A stretch of DNA of 64,000 bases, from the NCBI GenBank assembly GCA_038103905.1, contig JAYNZW010000007.1:5777-69776 (forward strand). The letters are read 5' to 3'. The stretch is from Pelagibacteraceae bacterium. GTDB lineage: Bacteria; Pseudomonadota; Alphaproteobacteria; Pelagibacterales; AG-422-B15. Position 1 is the first letter of the stretch. Each line of letters opens with the position of its first letter. The translations under genes and the position numbers were made by a program. Under the pieces are notes generated by a model that was given only the letters and a program-made list of their open reading frames with translations, searched no databases and was not told the origin of the DNA. Below are positions 8,440 to 17,913 of this stretch, in pieces.

Positions 8440-9696
8440 TTGAAAAAGTATTCAGTATTCAGTCTGGTAAAAAATGCTCTCAATCATCATAAAGATTGGG
8501 AAGTTGCTTGGAGAGATCCTGAACCTAAAAAAGAATATGAAGCAGTAATCATTGGTGGTGGTGGGCATGGTTTAGCAACTGCCTACTACTTAGCAAAATA
8601 TTATGATTTAAAAAATATTGCCATTCTAGAAAAAGGATGGATTGGAGGAGGAAATGTTGGCAGAAATACAACAATTTTAAGATCCAATTACATGCATGAT
8701 GCAAATAATTTGTTCTATGAACAAGGTATGCAAATGTGGAGAGATCTAAGCCAGGAATTAAACTACAACGTAATGTATTCACCGCGAGGGATTCTAAATC
8801 TTGCTCATTCAGATGCTCAACTAAACGCATATGCTAGAAGAGGAAACTCAATGAGGTTAAATGGAATCGATGCTGCACTTCTTGGAAGAGAAGAGGTAAG
8901 AAAAATGATTCCATTTGCTGACTTTACAGAAAATGCTCGTTTTCCAATTTTTGGTGGGCTGCTTCAACCAATTGGTGGAACTGCGAGGCACGATGCAGTT
9001 GCTTGGGGGTATGCGAGAGCGGCAGATGATATGGGAGTGGACATAATCCAACATTGTGAAGTTTCTGGTTTTGATGTTGATAATGGCAAAGTCACAGGAG
9101 TTCAGACCTCAAAAGGAAATATTAAAACAAATAAAGTTGGTTTATGTGTTGCGGGTAGTACCTCTATTCTTGCAGAAAAATTAAATATGACTCTCCCTAT
9201 TGAAGCGCACGTATTACAGGCGTGTGTATCTGAACCTGTAAAACCTTTACTTGATGGAGTGGTGACATTTGGTGCGGGTCATTTTTATTGCAGTCAATCT
9301 GACAAAGGTGAAATGGTTATGGGTGGAGATCTGGATGGTTACAACAGCTATGCTCAAAGAGGAAACTTGCCAACAATTCAACACGTCCTCACTGAAGGTG
9401 TTGCTCTTTTTCCAAATTTAAGTCGATTAAAAATACTACGAACATGGGGAGGGATCATGGATATGTCCATGGATGGATCACCTATAATTGACAAAACTCA
9501 TATTGATGGCGTCTACTTAAACTGTGGTTGGTGCTACGGCGGCTTTAAAGCGACCCCTGTATCAGGATTAACTTTTGCTCATACAATTGCCCGCAATGAA
9601 CCACACGAGTTGAATGTTCCGTTTAAGTTAGATCGCTTCCACACTGGACATTTGATTGATGAAAAAGGGCTGGGAACAAAAACCTGGATTAGTTAA
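8440..9696 (+). CDS. soxB: Heterotetrameric sarcosine oxidase beta subunit (or N-methylglutamate dehydrogenase MgdA)
   Basis: 418 aa with a TTG start. The N-terminus MKKYSVFSLVKNALNHHKDWEVAWR resembles SoxB N-termini. FAD motif VIIGGGGHGLATAYYLA. Gene order is B-D-A-G. Confidence 0.85.
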   Translation: MKKYSVFSLVKNALNHHKDWEVAWRDPEPKKEYEAVIIGGGGHGLATAYYLAKYYDLKNIAILEKGWIGGGNVGRNTTILRSNYMHDANNLFYEQGMQMWRDLSQELNYNVMYSPRGILNLAHSDAQLNAYARRGNSMRLNGIDAALLGREEVRKMIPFADFTENARFPIFGGLLQPIGGTARHDAVAWGYARAADDMGVDIIQHCEVSGFDVDNGKVTGVQTSKGNIKTNKVGLCVAGSTSILAEKLNMTLPIEAHVLQACVSEPVKPLLDGVVTFGAGHFYCSQSDKGEMVMGGDLDGYNSYAQRGNLPTIQHVLTEGVALFPNLSRLKILRTWGGIMDMSMDGSPIIDKTHIDGVYLNCGWCYGGFKATPVSGLTFAHTIARNEPHELNVPFKLDRFHTGHLIDEKGLGTKTWIS

Positions 9697-9698
9697 CA

Positions 9699-9965
9699 AT
9701 GTTAGAAATCAAGTGTCCATATTGCGGAAATAGATCTCAAAATGAATTTGCGTATGGTGGGGATGCCACTGTGAAAAGGCCTGAGCTTAACAGTGAGATT
9801 TCTGATCAAGATTGGGATCATTTTGTATATTATCGTAAAAATCCAAGAGGTAATCATTTAGAGTTATGGCATCATATCTCTGGATGCCGTCAGTGGTTTA
9901 AAGTTTTAAGAAACACAGCAACACACGACATTATTCAAACGATGGAAATGAAAGAAAATCCTTAA
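9699..9965 (+). CDS. soxD: Sarcosine oxidase delta subunit (or MgdB)
   Basis: 88 aa. Begins MLEIKCPYCGNRSQNEF with later H and C residues (zinc-site pattern of SoxD). Starts 2 nt after the soxB stop. Confidence 0.85.
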   Translation: MLEIKCPYCGNRSQNEFAYGGDATVKRPELNSEISDQDWDHFVYYRKNPRGNHLELWHHISGCRQWFKVLRNTATHDIIQTMEMKENP

Positions 9966-9966
9966 A

Positions 9967-12963
9967 GTGTCACAGGAATTTAGAATATCATCAGGTGGAC
10001 TTATTGATAGAAGTAAAGAAATTAGCTTTATTTTTAATGGAAAAAAATACACTGGATATAAAGGTGACACCTTAGCTTCAGCATTACTTGCAAATGGCGT
10101 ACATCTTATCGGGAGAAGCTTTAAATATCATAGACCTCGAGGAATCATTGCAGCAGGTGTTGAAGATGCAAATGGAAAGGTACAATTATATAAAGACAGT
10201 ATTACTGAACCAAATGTTAATGTTACTGAAGTAGAATTGGTAGAAGGCCTAAGAATAGAAAGTCAAAATTGCTGGCCATCAGTAAATTTTGATGTAGGAG
10301 GAATTAATAATTTCTTAAACCGTTTTTTTCCCGCTGGTTTTTATTACAAAACTTTTATGTGGCCTAAAAGTTTTTGGTACAATGTGTATGAACCTTTCAT
10401 AAGAAAAGCCGCGGGAATGGGAAAAGCATCATTGGACCCTGACCCAGATCGATATGAGCACCAATACGAACATTGTGATGTTCTTGTTGTTGGTTCAGGA
10501 CCATCAGGAATTTCAAGCGCATTATCAGCAGCAAAAAATGGAGCACGAGTTATACTTGCCGAAGATAAGGCTAGATTTGGAGGATCTTTACTTACCGATA
10601 ATGTAACAATAGGTAATAAAAAAGGAGACGAATGGGTTGAAGACTCAATTAGTGAGTTAAAATCAATGCCGAATGTAATTGTAAAAAAACGATCTCAAGT
10701 TTTTGGATACTACGATCACAATATGCTTGTCATGTTTGAGCGGTGTAAAGATCATCTTAAAAACCCTGAACCATATACTCCTCGACAGAGGCTTTGGTAC
10801 ATAAGAGCTAAACATGTTTTGATATCTACAGGCTCAATTGAAAGACCTCTTATCTTTGCAAATAATGACAGGCCTGGCATCATGCTAGCAACTTCAGCTC
10901 GGGAATATTTAAAGGTTTACGGAGTTTTACCTGGAAAAAATCCAATTATTTTCACTAATAATGATACTGCCTATGAAACAGCCATTGAGTTTAAAGCAAA
11001 TGGAATAGAGTCAATTGTTCTAGATACTAGAAAATCATCGAATGCGGGGGTAGTTCAAGAAGCTAAAGCTCTTGGAATAGACATAAAATTCAATCATGGA
11101 ATTGCAAATACTAGCGGGTATAAAAAAGTCAAATCTGCTACTGTTGGCGAACTGAATGAATCCAAAAATGGCTATAAGAATTTAACAACAATACCGTGTG
11201 ACTCTATTTTTGTATCTGGCAACTGGACTCCTACTGTACACCTTGCTTCTCAATCAGGAAATAAACTCAAATATGAAAGTGAGACAGATACATTTTTACC
11301 AAACCAATCAAGACAACAAGAAACTGTCATTGGTTCTGCAAATGGCTCTTTCACTTTGAAAGAAAGTTTGACTGATGGCTTTAGTAAGGGATACCAAATT
11401 TCAGATGAAATCACAAAGAATGGCATAGAAACATCTATCCCAATTTCAGATGAAAAGGATTTTGGCTCTCACGATAAGTTTTGGTGCATGCCACTTCCAA
11501 ATAAGAAACACTACAAAAGATTTGTTGATTTTCAAAATGATGTTGCTGTTTCAGATATTCAATTAGCAGTCAGAGAAGGATTTAGATCAATTGAACATGT
11601 TAAACGCTATACCACTCTTGGAATGGCAACTGACCAAGGAAAAACTAGTAACTTAAATGGTCTACAACTAGTCTCTGATCTAGAAAAGAAAATTGTTCCA
11701 GAAGTTGGTCATACAACTTTTAGGCCACCTTATACATCAGTTACAATTGGAACTATTATTGGTCGCGAAGTTGGTAAAAATTATCGTGCGACAAGGAAAT
11801 CACCGATGCATGAATGGCACGAAAAACATAATGCTGTATTTGTTGATGCAGGGCTATGGTTGCGTCCAAGATTTTATAAACGTGGAAATGAAACTCTTCA
11901 AGAGGCTGCTAAAAGAGAAGCTTTAAATGTAAGACAAAATGTTGGCATATGTGATGTTACATCTCTTGGAAAAATTGATATCAAGGGAACAGACTCTGCT
12001 GAGTTTCTCAATAGGGTATATACAAATGCTTTTTTAAAGCTACCAGTCGGCAAAGCGCGATATGGTGTGATGTTAAGAGAAGATGGTATGGTTTTTGATG
12101 ATGGAACGACAACAAGATTAGCTGAAAATCATTTTCATATGACAACCACAACCGCACAAGCTGCAAATGTTCTATCGCATCTTGAATATTATCTTCAAGT
12201 TGTCTGGCCTGAACTTGATGTAAATGTAGTATCAACTACTGAACAATGGGCCGGAGCTGCTATTGCTGGTCCAAAATCTAGAGAATTACTTCAAAGACTT
12301 TTTCCTGAAGAGGATATGAGCAATGAAGGGTTTCCATTCATGGGATTCAAAGAATTAGAATTTAAAAATACTATTGCGAGAGTTTTTCGTATCTCTTTTT
12401 CAGGCGAATTAGCCTATGAAATGAATGTAATGTCTGACTATGGAGAGGAAATGTGGAATGAAATTATAAGTCAAGGAAAAGATCTTGGTATTCAGCCTTA
12501 TGGCACTGAAGCTCTTTCAACACTTAGAATTGAAATGGGTCATGTTGCTGGTTCAGAGATTGATGGACGAACGATCGCTTATGATCTTTCACTTGAAGGA
12601 ATGCTCAGCCAGAAAAAAGATTTTATTGGAAAAAGATCTCTTAGTAGAAAAGCATTTACAGAGGATAATAGAGAAAAAATTGTTGGAGTTGTTCCAATTG
12701 ATAAAAAAACATCGATTCCTGAAGGCTCTTATCTGGTTGAAAATGCAAAAGCAGGCTTTCCAAATCCTAAACTGGGTCATGTATCTGCTTCTTGTTGGAG
12801 CGTTGAATATGACAATCCTTTTTCACTAGCAATTATTAAAGATGGTAAAAATAAAAAAGGTGAAAAACTATTTGCCGTATCACCTCTCAAAAATAAGATA
12901 ATCCCTGTTGAGATTGTGTCTCAACACTATGTAGATCCTGAGGGAAAAAGAGTACGTTCATGA
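9967..12963 (+). CDS. soxA: Sarcosine oxidase alpha subunit (or MgdC)
   Basis: 998 aa with a GTG start. Dinucleotide motif VLVVGSGPSGISSALSAA. The C-terminal GcvT-like folate-binding domain includes ISFSGELAYEMNV and LRIEMGH. Confidence 0.85.
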   Translation: MSQEFRISSGGLIDRSKEISFIFNGKKYTGYKGDTLASALLANGVHLIGRSFKYHRPRGIIAAGVEDANGKVQLYKDSITEPNVNVTEVELVEGLRIESQNCWPSVNFDVGGINNFLNRFFPAGFYYKTFMWPKSFWYNVYEPFIRKAAGMGKASLDPDPDRYEHQYEHCDVLVVGSGPSGISSALSAAKNGARVILAEDKARFGGSLLTDNVTIGNKKGDEWVEDSISELKSMPNVIVKKRSQVFGYYDHNMLVMFERCKDHLKNPEPYTPRQRLWYIRAKHVLISTGSIERPLIFANNDRPGIMLATSAREYLKVYGVLPGKNPIIFTNNDTAYETAIEFKANGIESIVLDTRKSSNAGVVQEAKALGIDIKFNHGIANTSGYKKVKSATVGELNESKNGYKNLTTIPCDSIFVSGNWTPTVHLASQSGNKLKYESETDTFLPNQSRQQETVIGSANGSFTLKESLTDGFSKGYQISDEITKNGIETSIPISDEKDFGSHDKFWCMPLPNKKHYKRFVDFQNDVAVSDIQLAVREGFRSIEHVKRYTTLGMATDQGKTSNLNGLQLVSDLEKKIVPEVGHTTFRPPYTSVTIGTIIGREVGKNYRATRKSPMHEWHEKHNAVFVDAGLWLRPRFYKRGNETLQEAAKREALNVRQNVGICDVTSLGKIDIKGTDSAEFLNRVYTNAFLKLPVGKARYGVMLREDGMVFDDGTTTRLAENHFHMTTTTAQAANVLSHLEYYLQVVWPELDVNVVSTTEQWAGAAIAGPKSRELLQRLFPEEDMSNEGFPFMGFKELEFKNTIARVFRISFSGELAYEMNVMSDYGEEMWNEIISQGKDLGIQPYGTEALSTLRIEMGHVAGSEIDGRTIAYDLSLEGMLSQKKDFIGKRSLSRKAFTEDNREKIVGVVPIDKKTSIPEGSYLVENAKAGFPNPKLGHVSASCWSVEYDNPFSLAIIKDGKNKKGEKLFAVSPLKNKIIPVEIVSQHYVDPEGKRVRS

Positions 12964-13547
12964 GTAAAATTACTCCATTATCAAATTCACATGAATTAGG
13001 GCTTCATGGTAATTGTAAAGATAAGGATGAGGCTAACTTATTAGTTATAAGGGAGGTCACAAATATAAAAATTTATCAACTCTCTAAATTTAAAAAGAGT
13101 AATTTTGACATTAATAATTTTTCACTAGACGGTTATAAGCTTCCAAATGAATCAGGATTATCTACAGGCAATGAAAACTTAAGAATACTATGGCAAGCAC
13201 CGAATATTTGGATGATAATTTCTTATAATGAAAACATTATTCAAGAAATTGGGAAACAATGTTCAGATAGTGACTTTGCAATTACTGATCTATCTCATTC
13301 AAGGGCAATTCTTGAGGTTAAAGGAAAAGATGCACTCAATGTAATCAAAAAAGGGTCGCCGCTCAATCTCAATAATTTTAGAAAGAATAATTGCGCAAAC
13401 TCAGTTTATCACGGTATTACAGTATCTATCGACATGATCAATGATGACCCTATAACATTAAATATCATGGCTCTAAGAAGCTTTGCTGGATCTTTTCATC
13501 ACGCTATAACTGATGCATCACTTGAATTTGGTTTTAACGCTATTTAA
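12960..13547 (+). CDS. soxG: Sarcosine oxidase gamma subunit (or MgdD)
   Basis: 195 aa. ATGA overlap with soxA. Its size and position fit the gamma subunit; the sequence itself is weakly diagnostic. Confidence 0.72.
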   Translation: MSKITPLSNSHELGLHGNCKDKDEANLLVIREVTNIKIYQLSKFKKSNFDINNFSLDGYKLPNESGLSTGNENLRILWQAPNIWMIISYNENIIQEIGKQCSDSDFAITDLSHSRAILEVKGKDALNVIKKGSPLNLNNFRKNNCANSVYHGITVSIDMINDDPITLNIMALRSFAGSFHHAITDASLEFGFNAI

Positions 13548-13558
13548 AATCAAAATAA

Positions 13559-14587
13559 ATGAGATTTGAAAATATTATTTTAGATATACTCAGAGTACTT
13601 CCCAAATCATTACTTAAACTAATTGCGGGACCGCCCTTAATAATTGATGGAAATCAACTAGATCTAAATATTCAGGTGGTAGAAAAACTCTCTCAGAAAG
13701 AAACAAAACAAACTCGAATTACAACTCATGACTACAGAGAAGCAGCAAAAAGATTTGATTTAATAGGCTTACCTCGAGTCAAGAAAATTAAAATTGAAGA
13801 TATAGAATTAAAAGGTCCAACTGAAATACTTAATGCCAGAATTTATTACCCCAAAGTGACATCTAATAAAGACGGTGCAGTACTTTTCTTTCATCAAGGT
13901 GGTCTAGTATTAATGAACCACTTGACTGATGATTACTTTTGTTCACTTCTTGCAGAGAAGTGTAATGCTAAAGTGATTTCACTTGATTACAGACTTTGCC
14001 CAGAAAATAAATTTCCTGCACCAATTGAAGATTGCTTATTTCTTTGGGATTATGTGCAAGAAAATAGTTCTAAATTAGGAATAAATCCTAACAAAATTGC
14101 TCTTACAGGTGATAGTGCCGGTGGAATGATATCAAGCACTATGAGTATTATTTTAAGGGACAGAGGGGGAATACAACCTATTGCGATGTGTATCGCCTAT
14201 CCATGGGTTACATCCAGTTTTGATGATCAACCTTCATTACAAAGTTGTGCAGATACATTTCCACTATCAAGAGAAACTGTAGAGTTTTTTAATAAGAGTG
14301 TTTTTCCAGATGGAAAAAACCTTGATCACCGATGGGCAAATCCATTGTATGAAAATGATTTAACAAACTTACCTCCAACAATAATTGCAACAGCTGGCTT
14401 TGACCCTATAAGAGATCAAGGAAATAGTTTTGCGGAGAAATTGATTAATCATAAAAATGAAGTAAAACACTATTTCTATTCTAACTTATCTCACAGTTTT
14501 TTAATTCTAGGGCGTATAAGTAATGAGGCTAATAATGCATGTATTCAATTAGCAAATGAATTAGCTAAATATTTTAATCATAATTAG
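13559..14587 (+). CDS. Alpha/beta hydrolase, HSL (family IV) esterase/lipase type
   Basis: 342 aa. Oxyanion-hole motif FFHQGG (an HGGG variant) and nucleophile elbow GDSAGG. Confidence 0.8.
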   Translation: MRFENIILDILRVLPKSLLKLIAGPPLIIDGNQLDLNIQVVEKLSQKETKQTRITTHDYREAAKRFDLIGLPRVKKIKIEDIELKGPTEILNARIYYPKVTSNKDGAVLFFHQGGLVLMNHLTDDYFCSLLAEKCNAKVISLDYRLCPENKFPAPIEDCLFLWDYVQENSSKLGINPNKIALTGDSAGGMISSTMSIILRDRGGIQPIAMCIAYPWVTSSFDDQPSLQSCADTFPLSRETVEFFNKSVFPDGKNLDHRWANPLYENDLTNLPPTIIATAGFDPIRDQGNSFAEKLINHKNEVKHYFYSNLSHSFLILGRISNEANNACIQLANELAKYFNHN

Positions 14588-14652
14588 CTTATCTTTCCAA
14601 ATAATTCTGATTTTATGATTGTATTTTTCATCATGTAACAGCATAATTCTTT

Positions 14653-15972
14653 ATGGCTGAGAGTTTAGCTAAAATTGCTGCAAGAAAAAAAATTAAATAT
14701 TTCCTTATAAGTTTTGTAGACTTGTTTGGTGTACTAAGAGCAAAATTAGTACCTGCTCAAGCTATTGCTGAAATGCAAAAAAATGGGGCTGGATTTGCTG
14801 GATTTGCAACTTACTTAGACATGTCGCCAGCTGACTCTGATATGCTTGCCATACCTGATCCAAAAAGTCTAACTCAATTACCATGGAAGCCTGAAGTTGG
14901 ATGGCTTGCAAGTGATCTGTACATGGATGGCAAGATTGTTGATCAATGTCCTCGGGTAATTTTAAAAAAACAAATAGAAAAGCTATCTGATAAAAAAATG
15001 ATTATGCAATCAGGTGTCGAGTGTGAGTTTTTTCTATTGAATGAGGAGGGAGATGAGGTTGGTGATAAATTCGATACTTCCGCAAAGCCATGTTATGAAC
15101 AAAATACTCTCATGCGTCGGTATGATGTAATAAAGGAAATTTGTGACTCAATGATTAAATTAGGATGGAAGCCTTATCAAAATGATCATGAAGATGCAAA
15201 TGGTCAATTTGAAATGAACTGGCATTATTCAGATTGTCTCACCACTGCAGATCGACATGTCTTTTTTAAATTCATGGTCAAATCTATAGCTGAGAAATAT
15301 GGCTTGAGAGCAACTTTTATGGCTAAACCTTTTCCAAACTTAACAGGAAACGGATGCCATGCTCATGTCTCACTATGGGATAGACAAAAGAAAAATAATC
15401 TTTTTGAAGATGCTAATGATGAACTTGGATTATCGAAACTAGGATATTCATTTATTGGTGGAATGATGAAGTCTGCTGATTGTTTTTCTGCAATATTTAA
15501 TCCATCAATAAACAGTTATAATCGTATTGGAGCATCAAATACTTTGTCAGGAGCTACTTGGTCTCCTAGTACTGTAACTTATACTGGAAACAATAGAACT
15601 CATATGATCCGTATACCTGATTCGGGAAGATTTGAAGTTCGACATGCTGATGGATCCGCAAACCCTTATTTATTGCAAGCAGGGTTAATTGCGCTAGGTT
15701 TAGATGGAATAAATAGTAATCGTAAACCAGGCAAAAGATTAGATATAAATATGTATACACAGGGACATAAAGTTAAAAGAGTTAAAAAACTTCCAACAAA
15801 TTTAAATGATGCTATCAAGTTGTTTCATCAAAGTGAGGTTGCAAAAAAATCTTTTTCACCAAGTGTTGTTTCAAAGTTTGTAAAGTTGAAAAAAAGAGAA
15901 TTGAAAGAATTTGCCAGTCAATCAGAGGAAGAAGCATATGATTGGCAGAGAAATAATGCAATAGACTGCTAA
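14653..15972 (+). CDS. gmaS: Glutamine synthetase family protein (type III-like); likely gamma-glutamylmethylamide synthetase
   Basis: 439 aa with a GS catalytic-domain sequence (GVECEFFLL, GNGCHAHVSLW, NSYNR). The GmaS call comes from its size and its linkage to tdm and the Sox/Mgd-type genes. Confidence 0.62.
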   Translation: MAESLAKIAARKKIKYFLISFVDLFGVLRAKLVPAQAIAEMQKNGAGFAGFATYLDMSPADSDMLAIPDPKSLTQLPWKPEVGWLASDLYMDGKIVDQCPRVILKKQIEKLSDKKMIMQSGVECEFFLLNEEGDEVGDKFDTSAKPCYEQNTLMRRYDVIKEICDSMIKLGWKPYQNDHEDANGQFEMNWHYSDCLTTADRHVFFKFMVKSIAEKYGLRATFMAKPFPNLTGNGCHAHVSLWDRQKKNNLFEDANDELGLSKLGYSFIGGMMKSADCFSAIFNPSINSYNRIGASNTLSGATWSPSTVTYTGNNRTHMIRIPDSGRFEVRHADGSANPYLLQAGLIALGLDGINSNRKPGKRLDINMYTQGHKVKRVKKLPTNLNDAIKLFHQSEVAKKSFSPSVVSKFVKLKKRELKEFASQSEEEAYDWQRNNAIDC

Positions 15973-15976
15973 GTAA

Positions 15977-16750
15977 ATGTTACTCAAAAATAAAAAGGTG
16001 GTCATATCTGCTGGAGCAAGTGGTATAGGCTGGGCTACTGCTAAAGTATTACATAAAAGAGGAGCAAAAGTATTTCTATGTGATATTGATAAACAGCGTA
16101 TTAAAAAAATTAATCAAGATAAAAAAAATAATATACGTGCTTTCTTATGCAACGCTGACGATGAGAAAGATGTTAGAGATTTTTTTAAAGAAATAAAAAA
16201 ATTTACCAGTACAATCGATTGCCTTATCAATAATGTAGGAATTGCTGGTCCCACGGGAGTAATCGAAAAATTAAATACTAAAAATTGGGATCAAACTCTT
16301 AAAACAAATGTTATTAGTCATTTTTTATTTACAAAAAATGCTATTCCAATGCTTAAAAGAAATAAAGGTGGCTCTATAATAAATATTTCTTCAACCGCAG
16401 GTGTTTTTGGTTTCCCACTAAGGTCTCCCTACGCTGTAAGTAAGGCAGCAACATTGAGTTTCACTAAGACTGCAGCAATGGAATTGGGAAAATATAAGAT
16501 AAGAGTTAATGCTATTCTTCCTGGCGTAACAAGAGGATCAAGAATGAACAGAGTAATTGATGCAAAAGCCAAATACTTAAAAGTATCGAAAAAAAGTATC
16601 GAAAAAGATTTTGTGTCTATGGCATCAATGAATAGCTGGATTGAAGAAGAAGATATTGGAAAATTATGTTCGTTTCTAATGTCCGATGATAGTAATAAGA
16701 TTTCTGGACAATCCATTGCAGTTGATGGCAATAAATTGCGAGCTGATTAG
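15977..16750 (+). CDS. Short-chain dehydrogenase/reductase (SDR)
   Basis: 257 aa. Cofactor motif SAGASGIGWA and catalytic YAVSK. Starts 4 nt after the gmaS-like stop. Confidence 0.85.
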   Translation: MLLKNKKVVISAGASGIGWATAKVLHKRGAKVFLCDIDKQRIKKINQDKKNNIRAFLCNADDEKDVRDFFKEIKKFTSTIDCLINNVGIAGPTGVIEKLNTKNWDQTLKTNVISHFLFTKNAIPMLKRNKGGSIINISSTAGVFGFPLRSPYAVSKAATLSFTKTAAMELGKYKIRVNAILPGVTRGSRMNRVIDAKAKYLKVSKKSIEKDFVSMASMNSWIEEEDIGKLCSFLMSDDSNKISGQSIAVDGNKLRAD

Positions 16751-16757
16751 CTTTTTA

Positions 16758-17903
16758 TTATAAATTTCCTTCAAATGAATTTAAATAGAGTGTTTTCATA
16801 TCATTTTCACTTAACTCGAGTGGATTAGTTGGAGTCGAGGGATCAACAAGTGCCATCTTGGAAAGTTTATCAAAATCAAATTCAAGATTAAGCTCTTTTA
16901 GGGTATGTGGAATTGAGAGTTTATTTCTCAAATCTATTATCCATTTTAAAAATCCATCAAATGTTTGGTTATTTAAATCAATGTATTTAGAAAGATATAT
17001 TATTCTCTCTTCTATCTGGGATTGATTAAATTTAATTACATACGGCATAAAGATTGCATTCGATAGCCCATGATGCACATCGTTTACCGCATTGATTGGA
17101 TGACTTAATGAATGAATCGCGCCCAACCCCTTTTGAAATGCTGTTGAGCCCATCGTTGAACTAACTAACATTTTAGCTCTAGCTTCAATATTTTCTGGAG
17201 TATTGTAAGCGTCAATTAAGTTTTCTTTGATTATTTTAATGCCCTCTAGAGCAATTCCATGTGCCATTGGATGAAAAACATTTGAGCAATAAGCTTCAAG
17301 ACAGTGGGCTAAAGCGTCCATTCCAGTTGCAGCTGTTAAATGTTTAGGCAAAGAAACCGTTAAAGAAGGATCTAGAATAACTAAATCTGGGAGCATCGAT
17401 GGATGAAAAATGATCTTTTTTGTATAAGTTTCTTCATCAACAATAAGCGACGCTCTTCCTGTTTCTGAACCAGTTCCCGCCGTTGTTGGAACTGCTATTA
17501 CACTTGGTAAATTTTTAACAATTGCTCGAGTCCAATTATCTCCAACATCCTCAAAGTACCAAATATTTTCTTTTTGCTTAGACATAAAGGCAATTGCTTT
17601 TCCTGCATCAAGAGAACTGCCTCCCCCAATTGCAATTACCCCATCATTTTTATCTTTAAGAAAAACATCAACCCCATCGCTAATATTTTGTCCAGTTGGA
17701 TTACCTTTTATCTCAGAAAAAATACTAAACGTAATTTCTGATTTGGACAGACTCTCAACAATAAGACTAAATTGATCAATTTCTCTAAATTGAGGATCCG
17801 TTACAATTAAAGGATTTTTTATTTCTAATTCATTTATAAAGTTTACAAGTTCATAAATTCTATCAATACCAAATTTAATTGGTGTTGGATAATTCCAATT
17901 CAT
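16758..17903 (-). CDS. Iron-containing (group III) alcohol dehydrogenase
   Basis: Fe-ADH motifs GGGSSLDAGKA and HGLSNA. I place the start at the internal Met (MNWNYPTPIKFG, 17903), because the ORF-track start at 17963 would overlap the upstream gene by 50 nt. Confidence 0.85.
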   Translation of the reverse strand: MNWNYPTPIKFGIDRIYELVNFINELEIKNPLIVTDPQFREIDQFSLIVESLSKSEITFSIFSEIKGNPTGQNISDGVDVFLKDKNDGVIAIGGGSSLDAGKAIAFMSKQKENIWYFEDVGDNWTRAIVKNLPSVIAVPTTAGTGSETGRASLIVDEETYTKKIIFHPSMLPDLVILDPSLTVSLPKHLTAATGMDALAHCLEAYCSNVFHPMAHGIALEGIKIIKENLIDAYNTPENIEARAKMLVSSTMGSTAFQKGLGAIHSLSHPINAVNDVHHGLSNAIFMPYVIKFNQSQIEERIIYLSKYIDLNNQTFDGFLKWIIDLRNKLSIPHTLKELNLEFDFDKLSKMALVDPSTPTNPLELSENDMKTLYLNSFEGNL

Positions 17904-17913
17904 GTTTTGTAAG

